Shown: positions 8,872 to 20,452, numbered from the stretch's first letter. The stretch: DNA of 64,000 nucleotides from Dehalococcoidia bacterium (GCA_965249275.1 CBDFLQ010000007.1:320001-384000); one strand, 5' to 3'. Program-made: numbers and translations. The notes: generated by a model from the sequence alone, not told the origin.

Positions 8872-10272
8872 TTATGGGCGGGTCTCCATCGCGAGCTTGT
8901 CCATCTCCAGCTGCACCGGTATGGGGTACTTTCCCGTGAAACAGGCTGTGCATACTTCGTTGTTGGGAATACTCACCGCCTCCACCAGGCCCTTGATGCT
9001 CAGGAAGCCCAGGGTGTCCGCTCCAATCAGCTGCCGGATCTCTTCAACAGTATTCTGAGCCGCCAGAAGCTCCCCGCGCGTCGCAAGATCGACACCGAAG
9101 AAGCACGGGTGTTGGATAGGCGGGGCGCATATCCTCATGTGTATTTCCTTGGCCCCGTTCTTCTTCAATAAATTCACCACGTGGGGTGTCGTCGTTCCCC
9201 GGACTATGCTGTCGTCCACCACTACTATCCTCTTACCCTCCAGCACCTCCGGCATCGCATTGAATTTGAGGCGTACCCCCAACTCCCGTATCCGCTGGTC
9301 CGGCTGGATGAACGTCCTGCCGACATACCGATTCTTAAGGAGCGCCTCTCCAAACGGGATCCCCGACTCCCTGGCGTATCCCATCCCCGCCGCCACTGCC
9401 GAATCAGGCACCCCGACCACCATATCCGCATCCACCGGGTACTCTTTGGCCAGCTGTGCTCCCATCCTCTGCCTTGCAGAATGGAGCAGCTTTCCCCCTA
9501 CTATGCTGTCGGGACGAGCGAAGTAGATGTGCTCGAAGATGCATAGAGAGTGCGTGTCCCGTTCCACAAGCTGGTGAGACGTCACACCCGTCTCATCGAT
9601 GATAACCGCCTCACCCGGTTCGATCTCCCGGATCACGTCCGACCCTATGTGGTCCAGCGCCGCACTCTCCGAGGCTATGACCCAACCGCCGTTCAGCTTG
9701 CCCAGCGACAGGGGCCGCACGCCCATCGGGTCCCGTATGCCGATCAGCTTGTCCTTGGTCATCAAGACCAGGCTGTAGGCGCCCTGGAAACGGTTCATGC
9801 AGTAGCGGATGCGCTCGGGCCACGTTGCTCCGGGAGCCTGGCCCATCCAATGAGCCATCACCTCGGTGTCGGAGCTTCCCTTGAACTCCACACCCCGCTC
9901 TTCCAGCTCTATCCTGAGCTCCTGGGCGTTGATAACGTTCCCGTTGTGCCCCATCGCTACTTCGCCCCAGGGACCGTTCACCAGCATGGGTTGGGCGTTG
10001 TCTATGCGGCTCGACCCCGAGGTCGAATATCGTGTGTGCCCGATGGCCAGGTGCCCGGTGAGTTTGCTCAGGGATTCTTCATCGAAAGCCTGGGCCACGA
10101 GACCCATGCGTGTGTGCACGGATATCCTGCCCCCATCAGACGCGGCAATGCCCGCGCTCTCCTGGCCTCTGTGTTGTAGCGCGAACAACCCGAAAAAGCT
10201 TATTCGGGATACATCCTCTCCGGGAGCGTAAATCCCGAAGAGCCCACACGCCTCTCTCGGCTTGTCATCCAT
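8872..10272 (-). CDS. purF: Amidophosphoribosyltransferase
   Basis: EACGLFG, QHRGQE, HTRYST, VDDSIVRGTT, CTACFTG. Confidence 0.97.
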   Translation of the reverse strand: MDDKPREACGLFGIYAPGEDVSRISFFGLFALQHRGQESAGIAASDGGRISVHTRMGLVAQAFDEESLSKLTGHLAIGHTRYSTSGSSRIDNAQPMLVNGPWGEVAMGHNGNVINAQELRIELEERGVEFKGSSDTEVMAHWMGQAPGATWPERIRYCMNRFQGAYSLVLMTKDKLIGIRDPMGVRPLSLGKLNGGWVIASESAALDHIGSDVIREIEPGEAVIIDETGVTSHQLVERDTHSLCIFEHIYFARPDSIVGGKLLHSARQRMGAQLAKEYPVDADMVVGVPDSAVAAGMGYARESGIPFGEALLKNRYVGRTFIQPDQRIRELGVRLKFNAMPEVLEGKRIVVVDDSIVRGTTTPHVVNLLKKNGAKEIHMRICAPPIQHPCFFGVDLATRGELLAAQNTVEEIRQLIGADTLGFLSIKGLVEAVSIPNNEVCTACFTGKYPIPVQLEMDKLAMETRP

Positions 10273-10360
10273 CTGAACGCGTCACCGGACTGCGGTCATG
10301 AAGGTGATCGATAGGGCATCTCCCGCGAGCGTATCCGTGCCGGTCGGGACCCGTCCTCGG

Positions 10361-10389
10361 ATTATAGCCCCCACCCCTCCCACGGTCAA
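10361..10389 (-). promoter_or_regulatory. Sigma70-type promoter of purF-purM-purH
   Basis: Minus strand TTGACC-N17-TATAAT; leaves a leader of about 80 nt. Confidence 0.7.
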
Positions 10390-10438
10390 CGACACCCTCC
10401 CCCGTTTCTCTCCTCCAAACAGCCGTCTCAGGGTAAGG

Positions 10439-11680
10439 TTAAGTAATCTTGTGGAAGCGAACGGGTTTATCCAGTTTTTTGTATTTCCCTTCTGCCACCA
10501 ATCGATACAGCCAGGCTCTAGCTTGAGTTTTGTTGACTTGGAGACATTCAGCTACATTCGATTCCCTTATAGGCATATCCATCGCTTCCAGAAGTTGTTT
10601 GACTTTAGCAAATAGGATATTCGCAGGAGACACTTCTTTTCCGTCATCCTGCTCTGAGTATAGAATTCCCAGCTTCTTTTGCTCCAGCCCGGGTAGGAGT
10701 TGCTGTGCTATCTCTTCCTTTTTCGGTGAAATAGATGTATCTTCGAATACAGCTCTAAACTCATGTGTGGTTTCAGGGTTAGGCCAGTCTCTTGCACCCT
10801 TTCGGCGTAGAGCTTTCAATCCGGAACTCATTTCGCCTTCGTTACGGGTGTGCACATATACCGGCACATGGTGCAATTTGGCTAGTTGCTCAACCGCACC
10901 CGACCATGTACCGCCTTTGCCATTGTTGGACTCCATAATCAGGCCCGCATCGGACAGAGCGTAAATCACCTTATTACGTTGCATAGCGTTTCCGACATTC
11001 CAGCCTGCCCTCGGGTCATACTGAGAAATCAACACCAGTTGCCCGTCCATCAACATCTCTCGGTTTTCATGGTTAAGCGCGGCTTTCTCCAGACCTTCGG
11101 CCAGCACTCCCACCGCTGTTCCTCCCCGCATTAATGCTCCATTCATCGCGGCCCGGTCTACGCCCCTCGCGGCCCCAGAAATGATAGTGCAGCCCGATTC
11201 AACTGCAAGGTTGCCGATCTTTGCCGTATGTTCCAGCAATTCATCGTTCGCATTGCGTGATCCAACAACCGCCAAACCACCATTTCCCAGTAAAGACGCG
11301 TCACCACAGCCGTATAACACAGGTGGTGCATTGCTTGAAAGCCTAGTCTTGAGGCGCGGCGGGTATTCGGCATCTGCCCTGCAAACTACCCAGATGCCCC
11401 TGGTTTGCCAGCGCTCTATTGCCTGGCTGAGGAGAAAACCGCGCTTCAGCAGTTGGTCGATCCACCGCAGGTCGAATGAAGTCTGGCATGCACGCAATAT
11501 TTCGTCTCTTTCAGTTCCCAGCAAATCGGCGGGTTCACGTTGGCCTTCATGGAGATACCCGGCGAGTTTGTTGTACTGTGTCGGTGTCAAAGGTCTTTCC
11601 ACACCTCTTTTTTTCCCAACAATCAGAGGTGCAGTCAGTAATAGAATTGCTTTTGCGTTGTCCGAAAGCTCAGTAGACAT
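10439..11680 (-). CDS. DprA/Smf-domain protein (RqlI-like)
   Basis: [45 protein letters not shown]; C-terminal wHTH-like region. Confidence 0.88.
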   Translation of the reverse strand: MSTELSDNAKAILLLTAPLIVGKKRGVERPLTPTQYNKLAGYLHEGQREPADLLGTERDEILRACQTSFDLRWIDQLLKRGFLLSQAIERWQTRGIWVVCRADAEYPPRLKTRLSSNAPPVLYGCGDASLLGNGGLAVVGSRNANDELLEHTAKIGNLAVESGCTIISGAARGVDRAAMNGALMRGGTAVGVLAEGLEKAALNHENREMLMDGQLVLISQYDPRAGWNVGNAMQRNKVIYALSDAGLIMESNNGKGGTWSGAVEQLAKLHHVPVYVHTRNEGEMSSGLKALRRKGARDWPNPETTHEFRAVFEDTSISPKKEEIAQQLLPGLEQKKLGILYSEQDDGKEVSPANILFAKVKQLLEAMDMPIRESNVAECLQVNKTQARAWLYRLVAEGKYKKLDKPVRFHKIT

Positions 11681-11685
11681 GCACT

Positions 11686-13734
11686 TTATCCCGTCCCTGC
11701 ATCAGCGAGGGCGAATGGAAATACCGCCGCGCAACCGTTAACTCGCAACAGAGATGAAGCAACGGCGAATGTCCAGCGAGAGTCCACCATATCATCCACC
11801 AGAAGGACCGGCTCACATATCAAGTTTGTTTCCACAAGGGCAAGAGACCCTTCCACGTTACGCCATTGCTGAACGCTGTTGGTCATCTCCTTCTGCGCCC
11901 GGCGTGTCTTGGTTTTGGTCAGAGCAGCGCGAAATGGCAACCCCAACCTACCGGCCAGCCTCCGCGCAAAGTCTGGGACTAAATCGGAATGCCGCTGCGA
12001 GGGAATGCAGGTTACCCAAGTCGGTGTGGGCTGTGGCCTCCATTTCTGTATCAGTCGGGTGGAAGCCTCCACCAACTCATCAGAAAAGCGACCATGCTTG
12101 TATTTGCCATCACGCACTATATCGCCCCATCCTGGGTCGCCCCAGTAGCAAAGCGTCCGCCCAATTTCCGCCCTTTGCTCTTCCTGGATTGATTTGCGTG
12201 GATAAGCCCACTGTTTACGCGGCTCAATACAGACATTGCTGTGACGCAGGAATTCTATGGCCATCAACACCATTTCCCGGTCTGTGGTAACCGGCAGAGG
12301 CGGTAAGTCCGGCGTCCGAACTCCTTCCGCATTGCCGTCCAAGGCGCTTATGAGAAATTCCATATGGCCCGAATCTAATGCCAGATACTCTTTCATCTGG
12401 GCTTGTTCTTTATGTCGGAGAGAAGTTAACCGTTTGACCCGTTCCCAGAATGCGTTACTCAATCTAACTGGTGTTAATTGCCATTTGCTACCCTGTTTGA
12501 CAATGGGAGCAGGCGATTCCAGAGCCAATACTTTGATGGCCTGAGAAAGTCGTCCAGGCCTGATGTTCACTTGCGCCAAGATTTGGGGTTCGGAAAGGCC
12601 TTGGGTGACCCCACTCAGTGTCTCAATTATCAGTTCGACTTCTTCTTTGGTCGGGAAAGCATTATTGATGAAATAGTCGGTAATATCGTTATCTTCTTCG
12701 CCGCTCAACAACACGCCATACGCGGCATCCACGCCACGTCCCGCACGTCCAACCTGCTGGTAATATGCCACTACTGAACCGGGCATTTGGTAATGAATCA
12801 CAAAGGTCAAGTCCGGCTTGTCGTAACCCATGCCCAGTGCTACCGTCGCCACAAGTGCTTTGACACGGTTCTCCAACAAAGCGTGTTCCAGTTCTTCTCT
12901 GTTGCCAGAATCTGAGGTATACGCCTCAACATTCAGCTCTCGCGATTGTAGCCAATGGGCTATTTGGCCCGCATCGCGTTTAGTCAATGTGTATATTATT
13001 CCGGACCCAGGAATCTCTTTCAGCCGCTCGGCAAGCCACGCTAGCCGTTCCGCTCGACTTGGCATTTGGATGGTTTGCAGTAATAGAGACGGACGGTTCA
13101 GATCACCGCGCGTAATTAGGATGTTGGGACCAAGCACTTCTTGCAGGTCACCCACTACCCTGTTATTCGCTGTGGCAGTAGTGCCGAGCACTTGGACATT
13201 TGGTGGCAGAGATTGGACTATTCTTTCAATGCGTCGGTAGTCGGGACGAAAATCGTGGCCCCAGTCGGAGATGCAGTGCGCCTCGTCAATAACCAGCATT
13301 ACAACTTGACCAGCCATACCTGGAAGGAAGTTTTCGCGGAAATCATCATTCGCAAGGCGTTCCGGCGAGATTAGCAATATGTCTATTTCATCCCTGCTTG
13401 CCTGCGTTTTTACATCGTCCCAATCTGCGATGTTATTGGAGTTGATGGTAGCCGCCCGCACGCTCATCCGTTCCGCGGCCGCAATCTGGTTTCGCATCAG
13501 GGCCAGCAACGGGGAAATAAGCAATGCTGGGCCTCCTCCGCCTTCCCGCAACAGTTTGGTCGCGATGAAATACACGAAGCTTTTTCCCCACCCTGTCCTC
13601 TGGACGACCAGTAGCTTGCCACGTCCTTCCACAACATGGCGGATGGCTTCTTCTTGGCCTTCTCGGAACTGTGCGTCAGGGATACCGGATCCTATACGCA
13701 GTAGTTCGAGCGCCCGCTTCTCATCGTAACGCAT
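11686..13734 (-). CDS. RecQ-family helicase with C-terminal phosphoribosyltransferase domain (RqlH-like)
   Basis: [39 protein letters not shown]; PRTase [12 protein letters not shown]. Confidence 0.9.
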   Translation of the reverse strand: MRYDEKRALELLRIGSGIPDAQFREGQEEAIRHVVEGRGKLLVVQRTGWGKSFVYFIATKLLREGGGGPALLISPLLALMRNQIAAAERMSVRAATINSNNIADWDDVKTQASRDEIDILLISPERLANDDFRENFLPGMAGQVVMLVIDEAHCISDWGHDFRPDYRRIERIVQSLPPNVQVLGTTATANNRVVGDLQEVLGPNILITRGDLNRPSLLLQTIQMPSRAERLAWLAERLKEIPGSGIIYTLTKRDAGQIAHWLQSRELNVEAYTSDSGNREELEHALLENRVKALVATVALGMGYDKPDLTFVIHYQMPGSVVAYYQQVGRAGRGVDAAYGVLLSGEEDNDITDYFINNAFPTKEEVELIIETLSGVTQGLSEPQILAQVNIRPGRLSQAIKVLALESPAPIVKQGSKWQLTPVRLSNAFWERVKRLTSLRHKEQAQMKEYLALDSGHMEFLISALDGNAEGVRTPDLPPLPVTTDREMVLMAIEFLRHSNVCIEPRKQWAYPRKSIQEEQRAEIGRTLCYWGDPGWGDIVRDGKYKHGRFSDELVEASTRLIQKWRPQPTPTWVTCIPSQRHSDLVPDFARRLAGRLGLPFRAALTKTKTRRAQKEMTNSVQQWRNVEGSLALVETNLICEPVLLVDDMVDSRWTFAVASSLLRVNGCAAVFPFALADAGTG

Positions 13735-13976
13735 TTCGCAACCGTGCGAGGTAAAAGCCTACTTTCTCACCATACATTCCCATTTCTTCTCCGAAACCCC
13801 GACTGACACCCTTGCTTTCACCCTATTGTAGCCCAATGGCCCGACCCCTCCAACCGGCCCTGTATCCGTCATTCCCGCCCTCCTACCCTTCCCCACCTAT
13901 CCCCCCAGGTGCTATCATTTTCCCGTAACCTCGACCCCTCTTTGACAAGCCTTTTACCCGTTCCCGACTGCTGATT

Positions 13977-15041
13977 TTGATGAACTACGCCCAAGTCCGC
14001 GCCTATCTCGAAGAACGCGAGGAGTTCCTCTCGCCCTTTGCCGTCAAGTCCCGGCTCTCCCGAGGCCGCAAGGTCGAAGAGGAACCCAGCCCCCTGCGCA
14101 CCGACTTCCAGCGCGACCGCGACCGAATCATTCATACCAAGTCCTTCCGTCGGCTTAAGCACAAGACCCAGGTGTTCATCTCCCCCCTCGGCGATCACTA
14201 TGTCACCCGCCTCACCCACACCCTGGAGGTCTCCCAGATAGGCCGAACCATTGCCCGAGCCTTGAACCTCAACGAAGACCTCGTGGAGGCCATGTGCCTT
14301 GGCCACGACCTCGGCCACGCACCCTTCGGCCACATCGGCGAAGATGTACTCGCATCCCTCTACCCCGGCGGCTTCCGGCACAGCCATCAGAGCCTCCGGG
14401 TCGTGGATAGGCTGGAGGGCAACGGCAAGGGCCTCAATCTCACCTGGGAGGTGCGTCAGGGCATCGTTTCCCACTCCAAGTCGAGCCTCGGAATCATGGG
14501 CGAAGGGTGGAAGAACCCGCCGACCCTCGAGGCCCAGGTCTGCAAGATCTCCGACGCCCTCGCTTATCTCAACCACGACACCGACGACGCCATCCGCTCC
14601 GGCCTGATCACCGATTCTGACCTCCCTCCCGGCGCCGTAGCCGTCCTCGGGGCCAACTCCTCCCAGCGCGTCAACACCCTCGTCTCCGATGTAGTCGAAC
14701 ATTCCTGGGCTGCCTCCGGCCGGGTCCCTCTACCCGATGGCGAGACCCCGTCAATCAAGATCGGCGACCGGGTCAAAGAGGCATCTAACCTGCTCCGGGA
14801 CTTCCTTTTCGAAAGGGTCTATATGGTCAGTGGCGCAAGCCCCGAAGCCACCGAAGCCCGCGCCGCCGTCAAAGCCTTGTATAATCATTATGTCGAGAAT
14901 CATGAGGACATTCCCATTGAATATCGCCTCCCGGAAGACTCCACTGAGAGGTGGGCCTTGGATTACATCGCCGGCATGACCGACCGCTACGGACTAAGGA
15001 AAGCCCGAGAACTGGGCCTCGTCTCCCAGCCCGTGGGATAG
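13977..15041 (+). CDS. dgt: dGTP triphosphohydrolase (HD family)
   Basis: FQRDRDRI, FRRLKHKTQVF, TRLTHTLEV, HDLGHAPFGH, DYIAGMTD. Confidence 0.93.
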   Translation: MMNYAQVRAYLEEREEFLSPFAVKSRLSRGRKVEEEPSPLRTDFQRDRDRIIHTKSFRRLKHKTQVFISPLGDHYVTRLTHTLEVSQIGRTIARALNLNEDLVEAMCLGHDLGHAPFGHIGEDVLASLYPGGFRHSHQSLRVVDRLEGNGKGLNLTWEVRQGIVSHSKSSLGIMGEGWKNPPTLEAQVCKISDALAYLNHDTDDAIRSGLITDSDLPPGAVAVLGANSSQRVNTLVSDVVEHSWAASGRVPLPDGETPSIKIGDRVKEASNLLRDFLFERVYMVSGASPEATEARAAVKALYNHYVENHEDIPIEYRLPEDSTERWALDYIAGMTDRYGLRKARELGLVSQPVG

Positions 15042-15061
15042 GAATTGAGGAAATCCGCCAC

Positions 15062-16876
15062 TTGAGCAGCGCATCCATAGAAGAAGTTAGAAGCAGACTG
15101 GATATCGTCGACGTGGTGTCCCAGTCTGTGCCCCTGAAGAAGGCCGGGCGCAACTTCAAGGCCCCGTGCCCCTTCCACAACGAAAAGACGCCCTCGTTCG
15201 TCGTGAACCCTGAGCGTCAGACTTGGCACTGCTTTGGCGCCTGTGGCACCGGCGGCGACGCCTTCTCCTTCGTAATGAAACGGGAAGGGTTGGAATTCGG
15301 CGAGGCCCTTCGCACCCTCGCCGAAAAAGTTGGCGTCACCCTGGAGACCCGCGACAAGAAGGCCGAAAGCAAGACCTCCCGGCTTCTGGAAGCCAATAAG
15401 GCCGCCGCCGCCTTTTTCCACCACCAGCTTCTCACCGACCCCGCTGCCACCGAGGCCCGCAAATACGTTCAACAGCGCGGCCTCTCCAGCGAAATAGTCA
15501 CCGCCTTCCAGCTAGGCTACTGCCCTCCCGCCTCCGGTGCCCTCTTCAAGAACCTCTCCCAACACGGTTTCAGCCGAGATGAGTGCGCCGATGCAGGCCT
15601 CGGCACCCGCAACGAGGCCGGTGAGGTCCGCGATATTTTCCGCGGCCGTCTGATGTTCCCCATCCGTGACCCCCGTGGCCGGGTTATCGGGTTCGGCGGC
15701 AGGGCCATGTCCGACTCGGGGCCCAAGTACATCAACTCGCCCCAGACCCCCATATTCGACAAGAGCGGCACCCTCTACGGCGCGGACAGGGCCCGGGAGG
15801 CCGCCCGGCAGCTTAAGAGAGCCGTCGTAGTCGAGGGCTACATGGACGTCATCACCGCTCACCAGTTCGGCTTCGAAAACGTCGTCGCCTCCATGGGCAC
15901 CTCTCTCACCGAGAAGCAGGTCGAGGTGCTGAAACGCCTCTGCAGCCGTATATCCCTAGCCCTGGACGCCGACACCGCAGGCCAGGAGGCTACCCTCCGC
16001 AGCCTCAAGTCCTCCTGGCAGTCCTTCTACCGCAGTGTTCACCCTCTCCAGGGCAGCAAGCGGCAGCGTTTCCTCGAAGGCCCACCCGACCAGACTGTCG
16101 ATATCGTCATGATGCCTGAGGGCGAAGACCCGGACAGCATCATCCGCAAAGACCGAGACGGCTGGGTTTCCCTTCTAGACTCCCCCAAACCCCTGATCGA
16201 CTATCTAATGGAGATGGAAGTAGGCAGGGCCAACCTCGATGCACCCGGCGCCCGCACCTCCCTCCTCGAAGAGTTCCGAGGCCTCCTAGTCACCACCGAT
16301 TTCCTGGACCAGGAAGTCTACATCCGCAAGCTGGCCCGGCTTATGGACGTCAGCGAGGAAACCGTCAAGACCGCTATCAACGCCCCTGCCAACAACAGCG
16401 TGCGCCAGCCCCGTGCCCCGACCCCCCGGTCCCGTACCCGTCCACAGCCCACCCCTACCCCCCGTCGTGGCGACAAGCTCGAAGAGTATGTCCTGTCCAT
16501 TCTGCTCCGGAACCCCTCTCTCATTTCGAATATGGAAGACGCCGACCCCGAATGGTTCGTAGACCTTGCTAATCGGGAGATTTTTAAACGGTTGGCTGCG
16601 GGACATCGATTCGAAGACTTGGCCGACTCGATCCCCGATGAGTTCGCTGAGCCCCTGGCCCGGATTAGGAATACTCACGTTCCCGCAGATTCGGATGAGC
16701 TGCTGACCAGGGGGCTGAAGGAGGGGAGCACCCGGCTGGAGGTTCGTCATCTCAAGAGGCTGAAGCTCGAGGAGAAGAGCCTGCTTGAAGACCAGGACTC
16801 GTTGCAGGGCATGGCTGATACGATCGACCAGCGCAAGCTTAGTACGAACAAAGAGCTAAAGAGAGTGTATAGCTAG
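15062..16876 (+). CDS. dnaG: DNA primase
   Basis: CPFHNEKTPSF and HCFGAC zinc finger, FGGR, KYINSP, VEGYMDV, DADTAG; TTG start at 15062 inferred. Confidence 0.96.
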   Translation: MSSASIEEVRSRLDIVDVVSQSVPLKKAGRNFKAPCPFHNEKTPSFVVNPERQTWHCFGACGTGGDAFSFVMKREGLEFGEALRTLAEKVGVTLETRDKKAESKTSRLLEANKAAAAFFHHQLLTDPAATEARKYVQQRGLSSEIVTAFQLGYCPPASGALFKNLSQHGFSRDECADAGLGTRNEAGEVRDIFRGRLMFPIRDPRGRVIGFGGRAMSDSGPKYINSPQTPIFDKSGTLYGADRAREAARQLKRAVVVEGYMDVITAHQFGFENVVASMGTSLTEKQVEVLKRLCSRISLALDADTAGQEATLRSLKSSWQSFYRSVHPLQGSKRQRFLEGPPDQTVDIVMMPEGEDPDSIIRKDRDGWVSLLDSPKPLIDYLMEMEVGRANLDAPGARTSLLEEFRGLLVTTDFLDQEVYIRKLARLMDVSEETVKTAINAPANNSVRQPRAPTPRSRTRPQPTPTPRRGDKLEEYVLSILLRNPSLISNMEDADPEWFVDLANREIFKRLAAGHRFEDLADSIPDEFAEPLARIRNTHVPADSDELLTRGLKEGSTRLEVRHLKRLKLEEKSLLEDQDSLQGMADTIDQRKLSTNKELKRVYS

Positions 16877-16924
16877 GGACAGCGCGCTAAGTGTGTATAA
16901 TATATCCATGCACACGGATACAGC

Positions 16925-18454
16925 ATGAACCGAAATCTTAACCCCCACACCATAGCGGAAGAAGAGGACCGTGACTCCGATCAGGAGTCCCAGGTTAAGC
17001 CCGCTATCGAGCCCAGCCCTAATGGCGGCGAGACCGACTACCGAAAGGTCATAGGCGCCGCCATCGCCAACAGAAGTGTCCTGGACCTCATCTCCCCAGA
17101 CAGGCCCCACCACTCCGAAGGCCCTACCAAGGTCGAGAAGGTCTTGGCTGCCGCCGAAGACACTATCGAACAGGAGATGGTGGATGATCCCGTTCGCATG
17201 TACCTGCGGGAGATCGGACGTGTCCGCCTCCTTAGCGCCCGGGACGAGCGCATCCTGGCCCGCAGGATGGAGGGTGGCAAGCTCATCTCCACCATTGAGG
17301 ATAGACTCACGGAGAGGCAGGGTGCCGAGCCCTCGCCCGCTGAGCTCGTGGCCTACATGCTGGAGCACCTCGGCTCCTGTGCCCCTACCATCGAGAAAAT
17401 GGCCTACGACTTCGGCCTGACACCTCCTCTCACCCTCGCTCAGCTCACTTCTCACCCCATCCTCCGAAACTCGATCAAGGCCGAGATAGACCCCGCCGTA
17501 TCCACCCCCATTGGCGAAGCCGAGGGCAGGCCCCCCGAGGATGTCGTCCATGACCTACTCAACGCTTCCGTGGAAGCCCGCATACTCCCCGAGTCTGCCC
17601 TCGACGCTGTGGGTATAGACACCCCCCTCGTCGAAATTGACAACTGCCTGCAATCACCGGAGACCGCTAACGCTCTGGCAGCATTGAATGGCCACCTACG
17701 CCGGGACTTGGAAGTCCTGAAGGCAGAAGGCGGCAGGGCCCAGCGCCACCTCACCGAGGCCAACCTTCGCCTCGTAGTCAGCGTTGCCAAGAAGTACATC
17801 GGTCGCGGCATGTCCCTCCTGGACCTCATTCAGGAAGGGAACATCGGCCTGATCAGGGCAGTCGAGAAGTTCGACTATCGGAAGGGCTACAAGTTCAGCA
17901 CCTATGCCACCTGGTGGATTCGCCAGGCCATAACCAGGGCCATTGCCGACCAGGCCCGCACCATCCGCATCCCTGTCCACATGGTCGAGACCATTAACAA
18001 GCTCCTCAGGATGAGCCGACGCCTCGTGCAGGAATATGGCCGGGAGCCGACCAGCGAAGAGATCAGCCAGAGTATGGAGATCACCCCCGAGAAAGTCCGG
18101 GACATCATCAAGATTTCCCAGGAACCCGTCTCCCTCGAGACCCCCGTCGGCGAAGAAGATGACAGCCACCTCGGCGACTTCATCGAGGACCGGTCCACTG
18201 TCGCCCCCGCAGACGCCGCTTCTCATCAGCTCCTCAAGGAGCAGGTTAACGAGGTCCTCGAGACCCTCAACGGCAGGGAGAAGAAAGTGCTCCAGCTTCG
18301 TTTCGGGCTGGAGGATGGTCGCAGCAGGACACTGGAAGAGGTGGGCCGGGAGTTCGGGGTTACCCGAGAGCGTATCCGCCAGATCGAGGCCAAAGCCCTC
18401 CGAAAGCTCCGCCACCCGACTCGCAGCAAGAAGCTGAGGGATTTCCTCGAATAG
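16925..18454 (+). CDS. rpoD: Primary sigma factor RpoD/SigA
   Basis: [54 protein letters not shown]. Confidence 0.97.
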   Translation: MNRNLNPHTIAEEEDRDSDQESQVKPAIEPSPNGGETDYRKVIGAAIANRSVLDLISPDRPHHSEGPTKVEKVLAAAEDTIEQEMVDDPVRMYLREIGRVRLLSARDERILARRMEGGKLISTIEDRLTERQGAEPSPAELVAYMLEHLGSCAPTIEKMAYDFGLTPPLTLAQLTSHPILRNSIKAEIDPAVSTPIGEAEGRPPEDVVHDLLNASVEARILPESALDAVGIDTPLVEIDNCLQSPETANALAALNGHLRRDLEVLKAEGGRAQRHLTEANLRLVVSVAKKYIGRGMSLLDLIQEGNIGLIRAVEKFDYRKGYKFSTYATWWIRQAITRAIADQARTIRIPVHMVETINKLLRMSRRLVQEYGREPTSEEISQSMEITPEKVRDIIKISQEPVSLETPVGEEDDSHLGDFIEDRSTVAPADAASHQLLKEQVNEVLETLNGREKKVLQLRFGLEDGRSRTLEEVGREFGVTRERIRQIEAKALRKLRHPTRSKKLRDFLE

Positions 18455-18573
18455 AGTGCCCAACGCCTCTCGATTCGCCTTGCCAACAACCTGCCCGCCC
18501 CTCACGAGCACAGAGCACCCCCCCTTTTTCATCGCGCCTTGGGCTGTCCTAGCCTGAGCCAGGTGACCCAACC

Positions 18574-19479
18574 TTGAAGGCCCTCAGAAATGCCCCCAAC
18601 CCCATACTATTAGTCCCTACTTTGGTGGTCCGCACCATCAAGGAACTTGGCGACGACGATGCCACTCACATGGCCGCCGGTGTCGCCTACTACGCCCTCT
18701 TCTCCCTCTTTCCCCTCCTCCTCGGCCTGATAGCCATCATCGGCCTGGCCGCCGACTCCAACACCGTTCGCTCCGAGATACTGGAGTGGGCGGCAGACAA
18801 CCTCCCGGGCACCGGCGACTTCATCTCCGACAACGTGATCGCCTCCGCTGAGGCATCCGGCTCCCTGGGAGCAATATCGATAATAGGCCTGATATGGTCG
18901 GGCAGCGCCATTTTTGGCGCTATTACCAAGGTGGTGAACCGGGCCTGGGACATCCAGCAAGATAGGCCCTTCATAAAGGGCAAGATAATGCAGCTCTCCA
19001 TGGCCATGAGTGTGGGTGTTCTCTTCGCCCTCGCCTTGACTAGCGCCTCCCTAGCCCAGACCGCCGAGCGCTACGCCCACACCGACATGCCCATCCTCGG
19101 TCAGGCCGATGAGGTCTCGGGGATTCTGCTTTTCCGCACCCTCTCTTTCGTATTCAACCTCGCAATCTTCCTGAGCCTATACAAAGTCCTGCCCAACACC
19201 CAGACCCACTGGCGCTACATCTGGCCCGGCGCCCTTGTCGCAGCCCTCCTGTTCGAAGGTTCGAAATTCCTCTTCGTCCTCTACCTGGACAACTTTGCCA
19301 CCTTCAGTGCAGTCTATGGCTCCATCGGCTCCGTGATAGCCCTTCTCCTCTGGGCCTACGTCAGCGCCTTCATCCTGATCCTCGGGGCAGAGATGAGCTC
19401 CGAGTTCGGGCGTATGATAAGGGGCATCGACAGAGGCAAACCAATAGTGAAACGCTCCAGCCAGGGGCCCTTCTTCTAA
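18574..19479 (+). CDS. YihY/virulence factor BrkB family membrane protein
   Basis: AAGVAYYALFSLFP, YGSIGSVIALLLWAY, ILILGAE; multiple TM segments. Confidence 0.9.
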   Translation: MKALRNAPNPILLVPTLVVRTIKELGDDDATHMAAGVAYYALFSLFPLLLGLIAIIGLAADSNTVRSEILEWAADNLPGTGDFISDNVIASAEASGSLGAISIIGLIWSGSAIFGAITKVVNRAWDIQQDRPFIKGKIMQLSMAMSVGVLFALALTSASLAQTAERYAHTDMPILGQADEVSGILLFRTLSFVFNLAIFLSLYKVLPNTQTHWRYIWPGALVAALLFEGSKFLFVLYLDNFATFSAVYGSIGSVIALLLWAYVSAFILILGAEMSSEFGRMIRGIDRGKPIVKRSSQGPFF

Positions 19480-19485
19480 TACACA

Positions 19486-20199
19486 ATGAACACCTTAGCC
19501 GAACTAAATGACAAGATAGTCTCCTGCACCCTATGCCCGAGACTCGTGCTGTGGCGTGAAGAAGTTGCCCGCACTAAGCGCAGGATGTATATGGACTGGG
19601 ACTACTGGGGCAGACCTGTCCCCGGCTTTGGTGACCCCGCCGCCCGAGTCCTGATCATAGGCTTGGCCCCGGCGGCTCATGGAGCCAACCGTACCGGTCG
19701 AGTCTTCACCGGCGACGACAGCGGCAACTGGCTCTACACCGCCCTGCACAATCAGGACTGGGCCAACAAGCCCATATCCACCCATCGCGGCGACGGACTC
19801 GCTCTCACCGACGCCTACGTCTCGGCAGTGGCCCGATGCGCCCCGCCCAAGAACCGCCCCACCCCCGAAGAGCTGTCGAACTGTGCCCCGTTCCTTGAGG
19901 CTGAGCTTGGCCTGCTCAAGAATCTGGAAGTAGTCATCGCCCTCGGCAGCATCGCCTTCGACCGGTTTCTCCGACTGTGGAAAAGCATGGGCAACCCCGT
20001 CCCGACCCCCAAGCCCCGCTTCGGCCACAACGTCGTCTACTACCTCCCACCTGGGTTGAAGCTGGTCACCTCCTACCACCCCAGCCGACAAAACACCCAG
20101 ACCGGCACCCTCACCCGCGAAATGCTCGACGCTGCCTTCACCACCGCCAAGTCCCTCCTCTCCCCTCCAATCCCCCCTCCTTCGATGGGAGATGGCTAG
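19486..20199 (+). CDS. Uracil-DNA glycosylase family 5 (UdgB-like)
   Basis: CTLCPRL, GLAPAAHGANRTGRVFTGD, SYHPSRQNTQTG. Confidence 0.9.
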   Translation: MNTLAELNDKIVSCTLCPRLVLWREEVARTKRRMYMDWDYWGRPVPGFGDPAARVLIIGLAPAAHGANRTGRVFTGDDSGNWLYTALHNQDWANKPISTHRGDGLALTDAYVSAVARCAPPKNRPTPEELSNCAPFLEAELGLLKNLEVVIALGSIAFDRFLRLWKSMGNPVPTPKPRFGHNVVYYLPPGLKLVTSYHPSRQNTQTGTLTREMLDAAFTTAKSLLSPPIPPPSMGDG

Positions 20200-20452
20200 G
20201 GCCGTAGGCTCGCTGAGGAGAGTGAGGGTGATTCCCGCTAAGACTCACGCAGAACTCCCAACACAACTTTGGGGAAGCGGGGCCGTTCGTGCTGTCGAAG
20301 ATCCGCCTGAGGCGGGAGGCTCTCGAAGTATGAGCGGGGGGAGTCTGAAGGGCCAGGTATACCTTCAACCCACCCTCAAGCCTACTCACGAATTCAATTT
20401 CCGTGACCAACCTAGTTACCATGTCATTCCGAGGCTCCGCGAGGAATCTAGG
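20160..20452. repeat. Cluster of REP/MITE-like short repeats
   Basis: 20196-20229 matches 53438-53471 (33/34); 20423-20452 matches reverse complement of 29363-29392; GATCCGCCTGAGGCGGGAG resembles 35313-35330 rc. Confidence 0.75.

Noticed and set aside
16856-18571. Long antisense ORFs over rpoD (also over dgt, ffh, dnaK, LLM, SBPs and FAR)
   Set aside because: Expected shadows of GC-rich codon bias opposite well-supported genes.
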